Assembly (NCBI RefSeq): GCF_009914755.1
Contig: NC_060947.1
From: the human T2T-CHM13v2.0 reference genome, Homo sapiens
Direction: 5' to 3' (one strand)
DNA: 64,000 bases
Shown: piece after piece, positions 28,247 to 39,990 of the stretch
Position numbering within the stretch: position 1 is the stretch's first letter
Layout of the letters: the number at the start of each line of letters is the position of its first letter
The notes under the pieces: generated by a model
The model's database searches: none
The model's input: the letters and a program-made list of their open reading frames with translations, nothing else
Told to the model about the DNA's origin: nothing
Program-made: the position numbers and the translations under genes

Positions 28247-31200
28247 GGTAAATTTCTTAACCTGTCTGATTCTCTATTTCCTCTTCTGTACAATGTGACT
28301 AATACTATTTACATCATGCATTGTTGTGAACATCAGAGAAACTGTGTAAAATATCTAGCACAGTGTATGGCACACAGTAGGCACTGAACAAGTTATAGTT
28401 ACAGTTATTTTAATACATTAGAGCTGAAAGGGAGATCATCCTGACCCCTTCAGTTTACAACTGAAGAATTTCAGGACCCAGTGTTTAAATGCCCAATGTC
28501 ATAAAATTAGTCAATGGCACCACTCAGCCTGTCTATCTTCGTGTTCGGGTAAATGAAACCACAGTGAGGTACAGTGACTTGCACGGAGTCATTGAAAGAA
28601 AACATGGGCATTACATGTATTGAAAAAGAAAGTCCGGGCTCCCTCCTTTGGTATTTACCAAAACTTGCTGCCATTGCTAAAAACAAAAACAGAAACAAAA
28701 CCAAAACAAAAAATTCCCATGGCTCCTGACCTGTTACCTTTCGCTGACTGGTTTTTAACTCCATTGGATAATTTACTCTGAATTTAGAATGAATGATCTC
28801 AAAAGCAAATTTTATTTCATCCTATTTTTAGAACAGATTTAGAGAGTAAATTAGCTGTCGTACAGATTAACATTTATTTGACTTACCTTGCATAATTAAG
28901 GACATGTTGGAGAACCTTCCTATAATTGCAATATGTTGCTTGTTAAAGTCTTGGAGCGAGCAAGCTCTTTTCCCTAACCTAGAAATGGTGCTCCCTAGAT
29001 GTACATTTCCATTTTCTACTGATCTACAGCTTTTCTTTATTAGCTTCTAGGTGGAGGGAAAAATCAAACCTCTCCTTAAAGAAATTCATTAAACGTTTGC
29101 TATCTACTAAGTGGAAGGAAGAAGGAGCTGATGTACAGGGTAGTTTTAAAGCAAAAAACAAACAAATTGGGCTTTCTTGAGAAACAAAGAATCTGTAAGA
29201 GAACCTCAAAGATGAAATGAGCAATTAGCAATACTCTCCTCTCATTTTGTACACTGTAATAACTTTTTGCATGTTTTTTCCTTTTATGGAAGTCTATGAA
29301 ATCGCCCTGCAGCATTTCATTTAAAGAGAATCTCACTTCTAATTCACTGACAAAGGTGAGTGCTGACTATATTCAGCATGGAGATAGGTGCCATAGCTAG
29401 GCACCTAAGTGTTCTGACCAGCATTTTCAGAGCAACTGATGGCTGGACAGAGGTTCTGCCAGCTGAGTTATTATAAAGATCACTGACAGGGTCTTCAAAC
29501 ATTGTTAGCATGGTTGAAGGAGATGTGGTGGCTACCTAGTGTGAACCACACATCCCACTCCTTTAAGCATTCTAGTTCACTCACTGGATCAAAGCAGATG
29601 TTGACAACACCAGCTTCAGGAACGTTATGTGTAAGCTGTCCCAGATGGATTAGACATTTAGCTGTCTGAAGTCTGGGCCAGATGTTATCAGGGCTCTCTT
29701 ATTGCTTTGGAATGAATGAAGTGTACCAGATTATGGCAAAGGAAGCTCTCGGATAGAAGGATGAGTAAATCAAGACAAAGGAAAATGTAGTAGTGGCTAT
29801 GACAAGAAGAAAAACTTAGTTTAATATTAGCTTTGATACATAAATTTCAGCACTCTCATTACTGACGCTTCAAGAGTTCATGTAAATCCTGTTCATCAGT
29901 ACTTTATTACTGCTGCTTTCCAAGAAAAAAAAAAGCTGCAGTGAACCAATTATTTGCTTTATTTGGAAAAGCTAAAATATTCATTCTCTGTGTGGCAGGT
30001 TGAATGCAGTAGTTGAGGTGAATGGTTTTCAAACTAGCAGCAACTCAGGAGGATGTCAATTTAAGGCACAATACAAGCTTGATTCCTCTCTATTTTTTAT
30101 GCAGAAATCTTTATAATACCCTCAAGAATTTTAAACCTGTGTAAAAGGTGAGACCCAGCCTAATGTATTTTCTTGAAAGATGAGCTGATCACATGTTGCA
30201 CCCGAGTTATTTATTCAATCATTAAATACTTATTGTGGACCCACTATGTATAAGGAAAGAGCTGGCACAGAGAAATAAAGAAAAAATTTACCATAATGCT
30301 TGGGGCGGGGCTTGTGTTCCCTTAGGGAAAATAAATCACCCCCTGTAAACACCATTGAAATTCCTTTTAGGAATTCCTGGCATAGATAAGAGTTACTTAA
30401 TTGATCAATTACACAATAAGTATGTGTAGTGGGTCCCACACTATGCTAGAAGTTGGTGGGGAAGTGGGGAAGATTCCATAATATTAGATGTGATTTCCCA
30501 TCTCAAGCGACTTATTTCAGTAGAAAAAATCTCCCATTCATGAAAGCACTGGAAGCAAAAGAAGGCAAAATAAAATCAAGTGCTAATTGTGTAGTGTAGA
30601 CACTGTTAAATACATTCAGATTTAATGGTATGGGGTTAGCCAGAGGGGCTTTATAAAAGACAAAGGCCTTGAAGAAAGTGAAATCTTTAAACTGTGATAC
30701 TAGTAGGAATTCAATCCCAATATAGCAAACGTCAAATGGTTAAAGAGTAACCTCTTAAAATTTAAAGTAATAAGTGACCATCTAATAAATTAAACACATT
30801 GACCTCACTACATTTATTGGCATGGAAAGATGTTCATAATACATTGTGTAAAACAGGTTACAGAACAGCGTTGTATAATATGATTCTACTGTTACAGAAT
30901 TAAAATATCTGATATGCATGGAAAAGTCTAGAAGGATAAATACTAAAATGTTTACAGTGGTTTTCTACATGTAGTAGGCTTATGGGTGATTTTAATTAAA
31001 TTTTTTTATTCTCCCTTTTCTAATTTTTCTGCAACAAATGTTTGTATTATTTGTATAATAACTAAGAAAACACTGGCTTTGTAAGCCCAGTAAAATGAAT
31101 AATTTCTAAAATCACTAACATAAATGCATACATGTATGCATGCATGCAGATACACACACACACACATACACACACATACACAAACATCTTAGAGAAGGAA

Positions 31201-32024
31201 CTGAGAAGAGCAGTTAAATAATTAAGATGACAGGGTCAATGATATATGATGACAGACTTAAAAGTTGACTATCCTTCAACTTTGTGGCCTAAGATTGGCA
31301 TATGATCCAGAAAATCCAGAAGTTAATTGGGAGACACAGATTTGTTCACTAGATTCTAGGCAATTAAATTGAAGGTTGGTCTTTGAAGACTGAGAAGTAA
31401 ATTTAGGACAAATAAAAATAAGGCCAAACTCCCACAGAAGGCAACAGAAAAAAATTGGAATTTGTTATTCTAGAGGCAATATCAACTGAAAATATAAGTA
31501 ATTTCCAGAATGATTTAGATAAATTAATGGAAGAAAGGTTCATTGAAGATTCATAATTTTGTTAAGCAAAAGTCAGGAATGTTTAGGGTCTGTGAGATAT
31601 TCAACATACTTAGCAGTGGTAGAAGGTAGGCACAGACCTTATCGCAAGCAATGCAGGCTGAAGAGCCAAAGCAGGGGTCTGCAGGCTCTCTGCTGGGTCA
31701 GGTTAACCCTTTAGTTGCTGGACTGTGGGGAGTTTCCAGGAGGTAATTCTGGGGTGGGTTGTGGTGCCAGGGAGGCACTCTGAGGGTTCTGGCTAATAGT
31801 TATTTATCAACTAGAAAAGAAAGCATTTCATTCTTTTAATAACAGCTATAACCATACTAATGAATATTGGCTAAAAATGCATTATGTGCCTTGGATGTGT
31901 CTACTGGGACAGACTTCAATATTTTGGCTCTCAGAGGCAAAATATTGAGATTAGTGGATGGGCTAAAGTGTGGCAACAGTCTCGGGATTTTGTAAAGTCA
32001 AATAAAATCTTTAGATGACCCAAG

Positions 32025-32026
<2 letters not shown>

Positions 32027-32059
<33 letters not shown>

Positions 32060-32070
32060 TTATTTATTTT
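32027..32070 (+). repeat. (TA)14 plus (TTTA)n microsatellite abutting a splice donor
   Basis: Seen directly. Confidence 0.95.
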
Positions 32071-32074
32071 TTAC

Positions 32075-32307
32075 CTCGAGGGCTATTCAGTGAAGCTTCC
32101 GATGCTCTCCCACCATCTCCACAATGACTCTGGTCAAAGGGAAGGCACTGATCACCAGTTCCTGCCACCACTTCAAAATTCTTGGACAGATCTTTCGTCT
32201 CCACAAGAGATTTCAACTTGTAGACTTTGCGAGTATTGGTGTCTGATAGATAGAGTGATTCAGACACAGGGTCCATAGCCAGATAGTATTTGTGAGCAGG
32301 ACTTGTG
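32075..32307 (-). CDS. TENM1: Teneurin-1 coding exon, 233 nt, phase 2-1: (S)[22 protein letters not shown]...[16 protein letters not shown](G)
   Basis: Within ORF 32064..32336. Acceptor cttttctcttccttag|C and donor CGAG|gtaaaa. NHL motifs VVAGTG and CGDGG.A. Confidence 0.98.
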
Positions 32308-34269
32308 CTAAGGAAGAGAAAAGTAAAGTTATTCAAGGCAATTTTTCAACACGAACCCCCTGGGCTCAGCCTTTTTTCACAAATGGAAAAATCTTTTGAT
32401 AGATGAGTGAATTCATTTATCTTCCTTCTTAAGTACCAAGGAGATGGATACTTCTCTGTTTTTCTAATAGTGGGTCTAGGTATGAAACAAATCTAATGTA
32501 TACTGCTAATTCATAATGATGCTGACATTCCGATACCATCCATTTGGGGATAGAAAGAAACAGAAGACAGGAAATCTCAGGAGGTCATTTTTCTCTTATT
32601 CTCCATACTCAGTTATCCAATTACCTACTAGATCACTGCTGGGTGTCTCAGTCACCTCAAACTCAACATATCCAAAACAGAAGTTACTTTCTTTTCCTGC
32701 TTTCCCCATCCCTCATAAACCTACTTCCTTTCTCTTGGGCTTCTCACCTTGCTTGTGGACAATACCATCCTCCCAGGCCCCAGTTGTCAATTGAAAGGCA
32801 TGTCCAAAGCTCAAGGAGTGTCGCTAAGGGAGGATCATGCTGGAGATCTACTGCCAAACTTCTTTCCAAGTTTCCCTTTTTCAATTGACTACCACAGTTT
32901 TCTAATCTGGTTTTTGTTCTTTCAGGACATAATGGAACTGGTTATATTTAACCTTTTTAAAGTTATAATGGCAATCATATGATTGTGTAATCGCATAGTT
33001 ATACCTCCTAAAAGTGACCCTAAAGTTACCTTGTTTGGATTCTGGCATTCTTGAAACTTTTCTATTACATACTCACAAGGAATCTCAAGTTATTTTTATC
33101 TGTATAGATGGCTGAGTTTGTTTATTATTTTGATTCTTCCTAATTTTAGTTTTTCAATGGCTACAATAACCTTAGTTTTGGAGACATTTTACTTGAACCT
33201 AAGGTTTGTGTAATACTGACATCATCCAAACCCCAAATGTGGAAGTCATCCCTAATCCCTCTTTTGCTCTCCACATGCAATTGTGTCTGTAAACTAACTT
33301 TCAGAAACATTCTCATCTTCCATCCCTATGCCATTACATTAGTTCTATCTTTCAGTATCTCTGGCCTGGAATATTTTCTATAGATCGATATGTAGGATGT
33401 GTTTTTGAAATCTTAAATCATTTTTTTCCCATGCTGCCTGCAGAGTTATTCTGATCATTTGGCTCCCATCTTTAAAAACTTTTTAATGTTTCTTGGTGTG
33501 TTAGCCAAGCCTTTCTTCTCTTAATTCATTCTTACATGTCTTTTGAGGCTTTATTTGGGCATCATCTCCTGAAGGAAGCTTTCCCAGTCTTCCCTTCTCC
33601 AGTCTGGGTTATTTGCATTATCTTACCTCTATTCTGGGGATTACATATCATATTAAATTATTTGTTTATGCGTTGTTTGCATCTCCCTGTCCTGCCCTGC
33701 CAGTTGCAATAAAGCTTGGTGGAGAGCAATCTTGTCTTGTTCATCTCTGATATGTTCATTGCCCATACCTCTGCCTAGCACCCAGTTGTCAAAGCCAGAA
33801 ACCAGAAGCCATTCTTTTCTACTTCCTTCTTTCCACCATTTCCCACATCCAGTGAAAGGTGGTTTTTAAATTCTACTTTCTAAATTGTTTTCCAGTCTGC
33901 TCACTTCTTTTTATCTCTGCTGTTTTTACTCTAAGGCCTCATCATCTCTCATCTGAACTACTTCCTTGGTACCATTTCAGTATTGTGTATTTGTTTACTA
34001 ATTCATTAAAAATCATTTATTAAGTGCATACAATGTATCCAAGAACTGTGCTATGTTCTAGAGACCTACTTGTGTGCAAGATACACACAGCTTCTTTCTT
34101 TATGAAACTCACAGTCTAGTGGGAGAGACAGATAAGTAGACAGGATATGACTACCATGAGTCCAAGTGTTATGACAGGAGAAACAGAAGGAGAGAAATTA
34201 GTAAAGAAGAGGGACTTGTGTCTTAGCAGCACCTATTGTATGGTATTAGCATTATTTTTAAAACTTATT

Positions 34270-35175
34270 AAATGAAGTCCATACTTATTAGATTTCCTTA
34301 GTTTTTACCTAATGTTCTCTTTCTGTTCCAGGATCCCATCCACGATAACAAATTATATTTAGTCGTCATGTCTTCTTAGGCTCTTCTGTGCTGTGACAGT
34401 TTCTCAGACTTTTCTTGTTTTTGATGACCTTAACAGTTTTGAGGAGTACTGGTCAGGTATTTTGCAGAATACCCTTGACTGAAATGTGTCTGATTGTTTT
34501 TTCTTACAGTTAGACAGGGGTGATAGGCTTTTGGGAGGAAGAGCACAGAGGTAATAAAGTGCCATTCTGATCAAATTATATCAAGGGTACATACTACCAA
34601 CATGATGTACACTAATGGGTTTGACCTTGATCTCCTGGCTGAAATAGTGTTCGTCAGATTTCTTCACTGTAAAGATACTCTTTCTCCCCTACTTTCCACA
34701 CTTTACTCTTTGGAAGGAAGTAACTATGCGTAGCCAACACTTAAGGAGTAGAGAGTTATGCTCCACCTCCTTGAGGGTGGAGTATCTACATAAATTATTT
34801 GGAATTCTTCTAAATGGGAGCTTTATCTCGTCTCCATCTATTATTAATTCAACCATTTATTTATATCAGTATGGACTCATGGATATTTATTTTATACTTT
34901 GCATTAAATCCAATGCTACTTTATTTTGTTGCTCAAGTTCTTCCAGCTTTAGCCATTGGGAGCTCTTTTCGTTGACTCATGTGTCCCTTTGCCATATCCC
35001 CATCAATGAGGGATTTTTTTTTTAGCCTTTCCTTTCTTTCTGGCACTACCAGATGCTCTGGGCTCATCTGCTATACCCCCTGCCCCAATCCTAGAATCAG
35101 CCATTTCTCCAAAGACTCCCCTGGTTCCCTTTATTGGAGAATGGTATTAGAAACCAAGATCTGGGTGCTGGGTGT
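34270..35175 (-). mobile_element. L1MC/L1MD-type 3'UTR fragment
   Basis: ctgttccaggatcccatcc..., gttttgaggagtactggtcaggtatttt and ttagaaaccaagatctgggtgct motifs. Confidence 0.8.
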
Positions 35176-37551
35176 AAGCACTATTTTTTTTCCTAACATA
35201 TCTTTCTCTCCAACTACACTGTGAGCTCTTTGCAGGCAGGAACCATATTCATCTCTCTATTCTCAGTGCCAACAGAGGGCCTGACAGGATTGGTGCTTAG
35301 TACGTGCTAAACTAAACTGAACTGCAGGATATAAAACTAAGACATAAAAGAGTTCAGGCCTTGCTACTTAGGCAAAATGGAGGGGAGAGGGTGGTGAGAA
35401 CAATCAAGATACCTTTAAGGACTGGAATGTTATTAATTGTATTTGTAATTATATTTGCCCTCCAAGCATATTTATGTATGTTAATAATAATCAGGCCTGC
35501 AAATACTAATTTGAGACTGTTTATAGTTTTAATTGGAAAAAATTAGGTTCAATTGGAATACTTAATCTTTTCCTACTTACCTTCATCAAGTAAGAGAATC
35601 CAGTAGATTCCAGGGACACCTCCAACCCTGGAACCACCATAACAGGTGCTGTAAATAAACTATGAAGGGCCCCAACAAACTCTAGAATTGATTTGGTAGC
35701 CATACCAGACAAGGCATCTCTCTGGGAAAAACTGCTTCAATAGGGGTTTGAGTAAAATTCTTTACATATATAGTTAAATTTTTGCCTTCAGAATAAAATT
35801 TTTCCAATGTGCTCAGATCTTTCTAGAAAAAAGAAGGGGTCAAAACCCTTCTTTGAAACAACTACAATATTTTGATAGCCAGTTTGTGGAGTTTCAGTTC
35901 AGTCAGATTAGTCATGCTTTGTTTAGGAAGAGTCCATAGGCCATTTTTCCAAGAGAAATGCTATTTTGCTATTTGCACAAAAGCACTTTGGAATGCAGTA
36001 CATTCATTCATTATTGAATACCCCCAGTGTGCCTGTGAGGAAAGTTAGAATTAGCAATCTCCTCAAATCTCAGCTGGGGAAACCCAGACACATAGGGAGC
36101 TTGTCCGGGGTCACTAACAAGTTTGGGCCTGGACCAAGATTAGACTAGATTATATGTGATTTTGTGTGCAAAATACCATCAGAATACTCTTGCTCTGAAG
36201 GCAGCAAAACAAATCAGCGTTCCTGCTTTCTAATGAGCAACATGTCCTATTTTGCTCAGCCAGGCTGTTCTCAAACTTTGTGTACTGGCCCTTAGAAAAT
36301 AGAATAGCCCAACATACCAAAGTGAAATCTAATCAATGTTATTTTCTTGATAGCCAGCAGTCAGGAAGGTCCCTCCTATCAATATGTAACTTGCCATTTC
36401 ATGTCATTTCTCAAGTGTACTTTAGCTCTTTTGAGGCTGATTTCTTTCTACTTTCTGAAAACAAGCCACACCTGAGAAAGAAAAAAACCACTGGACTATA
36501 TTCCAATTTGCTTTAATCCCTTGTGTCTCAATGCAAATTGCAATTTGAGATATGTGAAGATTTCTTTTACAACTTGGGTGTTAGGTTTACTATCACCTTT
36601 TGGTTAGTTTTACATTCAAGCAATGCTCTTCAACTTAGCAAAGATCACTTCATTCATACTAGTTAAAAATCACATAGATTGTTAAATGGGCAATTAATGT
36701 TTATAATTAATACTGTGCAACATTTTACCAGTAAGCTATTTGACAACCAACTTAATTTGCTTAAGGAATCAGTTATGCCAAAGTAGCAAGGCTGATCGTC
36801 TGTACTGGCATTTAGGAAGTGGCATTGCCCAAATGAAATCCAGATTAGAAACCCCATCAGTGCCATTTTGATGACAATTGGCATTCGGGAGTGAACAAAT
36901 TCAATTTTCTCCTTTGCAATTTCAGGCAATTTAGAACAGTTTTGACAAGTGTAATGCGTAAACACATTGAATAGAAATATTCATTATGATTAATTTCAGA
37001 GCTATGTACCATTGTCTGCAAACGGTCAGTTTAAGGTTTTCCTATTATTTCTTTTTGGTGGAAAGAAATAGAAACAGTGAGGTCACATAAAAGAAAAAAA
37101 GAAAAAAGTGTATTAAAGAAGGTCATCATGGTCACTGTCTCTTAATACACTTAAAAACTGTACTTCTGGATCTAGGGAGATTGCTGTATTACCTCTTTCT
37201 CTACCTGCAATTTGAAAACATCAAATCTATTTGAACTTACCAACTCATTTGTGTTATCACCTTAGGGAAACATAATGAAACTTAAGGCCTTGCTTTCCCA
37301 TGAAGTACTCAACTGTCAGCTTTCACTTATGAATTGTTTTCTTTTTAGTATGTTTTGATCCTCCAGCAAATCCTACATAGTGGACCCTTCTTCTTTTGGA
37401 AGACACTTACCTGAGTTATAACTTCCAAATTTATGTTCACACTATTCTTTAACCTTATTTAGGAAGAAAAATTTCCCTATTAACACATTATCAGGAGGTA
37501 GTCTCATAGGCAAGAGGGGGCATTAGGTAGCTGCTGATGTGATTTGCTTAC

Positions 37552-37572
37552 CTATGTCTGGTATCTCTGTTT
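37552..37572 (-). CDS. TENM1: Teneurin-1 21-nt alternatively spliced beta-propeller microexon, adds RNRDTRH (ILEL-RNRDTRH-STSP)
   Basis: caccctag|AAACAGAGATACCAGACATAG|gtaagc. Phase 2-2 matches both flanking exons. Same position as the 7-aa propeller insert known in teneurins (NKEFKHS in TENM2). Confidence 0.93.
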   Translation of the reverse strand, partial: KQRYQT

Positions 37573-37650
37573 CTAGGGTGCACAAGGTATCCACGAGTGG
37601 CAAGCAAAAGCAAACAGAGAGTCATCAGTATCATTGAACATGCCAAACCT
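37573..37650 (-). promoter_or_regulatory. Microexon 3' splice region: UGC motifs, branch-point candidate, long AG-free zone
   Basis: Sense sequence ggcatgttcaatgatactgatgactctctgtttgcttttgcttgccactcgtggataccttgtgcaccctag. Confidence 0.65.
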
Positions 37651-37819
37651 AACCAGACACACCAATTCCTAACTCAGATTGCGGCATTTAGAGAGACTCT
37701 ATGGGGATCATTTAGTCAGGCGTGCAAGCCAAAGTTGATCCAATCCCTCCAGGCTTTGCCTCCTAAGATGGTGTCAAGGCGATTGCATATTTTGTTTGGT
37801 GGATGCGCAAAGTTCTAAG

Positions 37820-38012
37820 GCAGATTTTTCAAAAGGTTCTCTCTGGACCATCTGCATCAGAATCACTTGGATTCTTGCACTTGTGCACTTTCCTAGGGTT
37901 CTCCCTAGCCCTACTGAATCAGAATCTTGGGTGGAGGTGGGGCCTGGAAATTTTACTTTTAACAAAGTTGGCTGGCAATTCTGATGCAAAATAAAATTTA
38001 GGAGCCATTGAA
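37820..38012. mobile_element. MER5A-like hAT-Charlie MITE
   Basis: ctgcatcagaatcac...cctactgaatcagaatct...gtggggcctggaaat...ttttaacaa...attctgatgca. Confidence 0.8.
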
Positions 38013-39689
38013 CTAGGGGTTGAAGAAGCAGCCACGGCAGAGGGACTAACCATTTTAGGCTTTGGTTTGATAGCCATAAGCACTCTATCAAAGTGTAAAA
38101 TCACTGTTTTATTATCAAATTGTGTGTACAGACAGACATCCCAACACTAACCCTAAGCCACTTATCTGATCTCAGAGATAAGATAGGAACATCTGTTGTG
38201 CAAATTCCTTAGCAATATTAAAGAGCTCCTTAACAAGTTGAAAGTGTAAGAGTTTTCTTTTAGACCATGACAGAATATCCCTGACATCAAAACTGCTGAT
38301 CAAAACAACTTCAATAAAACACATTGTACATCAACTATTAGGGCTTTGTGTCTTCTAGCCATCCATGCTCTAAAGGGCAACTGGGGTAGGCACTAGAGGA
38401 CTGTTGGGCCAGAAGAAGGACAATACTTTGGTGGCTCCTGATCTGTAAGCCTCTTGGCACAGGGTATTGCCTAGGGCATTTCATGACGGGACCTGATATG
38501 AGGTTTCTCACACAGGGAGTGCAGTCTGTGTATAGGCCTGACTTTGGGTCAAGTCTGCCCAGAATTAAAAGGCTATAATCATCTGTGAAATACGATCATT
38601 TTAATTTTTAAAATCCTTTTAAATCTGGCCCTATGTCATTTTGAAAACATAGAGATAACCATTTTTTTATCTAAACTAGGAAATGGTCTTATTCTTTGGA
38701 ATCTCAGGGAAGAAGAAAATATACAAAATTTTTCATCTGAAGTTATCTGCTACAGCAGATTCAACTCTTTTTAAAAAGAACCTTTCTGAGATTTTACTAG
38801 TTGGGCCACAGGTCAAGGTTCACTGACTTTTCTGTTTCCTTTGCTCATCTCAAAAGGGTAGGTATCCTGTGGGTTGAAACAAAGGTGAACTGATAAGGAT
38901 GAGGAGCTCTGATTAGAAACCTGGCCGCAGGCATTTACGCCTCTTTCAATTTGTTTGTCTCTAGAAACTTTCATTTGCACCTCTTTCAATTTCCTTGTCT
39001 CTAGACACTTGCCTGTTTTTGTGGCCTCTAAATTATAGAATGAGTGTGTTTGAGCCTAGCTGTAATCACTGTGGCATAGGTGCTCCTCCTGAAAGTTTAG
39101 TTGTGAAAGTACTAGAAGGATCTCATTAAAATATGGTTTCATCAGCAGCAGATTCTCATGGTACAGAACCATTTGTGTGGCTACAAAGGGTTTTGAAATT
39201 CTTACATGATGGCAAGGAGTGAGAGGGGGATGGTTTGACTTTCTTGCAGCTGCTTCTGATTCTGCCAATAATGTCACTGTGAATTTGGAAAGATGTCCCA
39301 TATTATGCAGAGCAGCTTCTCTCATTAACATCTCAGAGGGAGGAAGTGAAAATGACGGAATTTATTTCCAGTGTGTGACCTTGTTCTGTCTCAGAATTAC
39401 TTTTCGTTAAGGATTTAGGACTGAGCCACCACCAAAGTCAGTCTGCTATCTAGCTACCAACTGACTACATGCTGAGGTGTCAGTGTGTGAGCTCTTCACA
39501 AGGGCCTGGGCCCATCCGTGGGCACCACCACCTGGCAATGGACCAACTTGAAGCTTGCCATGAGTTAGGAGGAGAAAGAAATGGAATTTCAAATCTTTTT
39601 AGAGCAAGACATGCTTCCAATGATAAAGTCTTTAAGTTGACCTTTGATTTTCTCAAGATCCAGGTGATGAAAGGGTCATGTACTCTTCT

Positions 39690-39990
39690 TTTTTAATTTA
39701 AAAGAAAATTATTGATATGATTTATATACCATAAAATTCACCCTTCTAAAATGTGTAATTCAGTGGTTTCCAGTACATTCAGAGAGTTGTGTAGCCTTTA
39801 CCATTATTCAATTCCAGAACATTTTCATCATGCTATGAAGAAACTCCATACCTATTTGTGGTCACTTCCCATTTTTCCCCTCCCTCAGCTCCAGGCAACC
39901 ACAAGAATACCTATTCTGGATATTTCATATAAATTGAACCGTTAAATATTTGTCCTTTTATGTCTAGCTTCTTCCACTTAACATAATGTA
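39690..39990 (-). mobile_element. L1MB-type 3' fragment
   Basis: ataccataaaattcaccc...aattcagtggtttccagtacattcagagagttgtg...ccagaacattttcatca. Confidence 0.75.
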
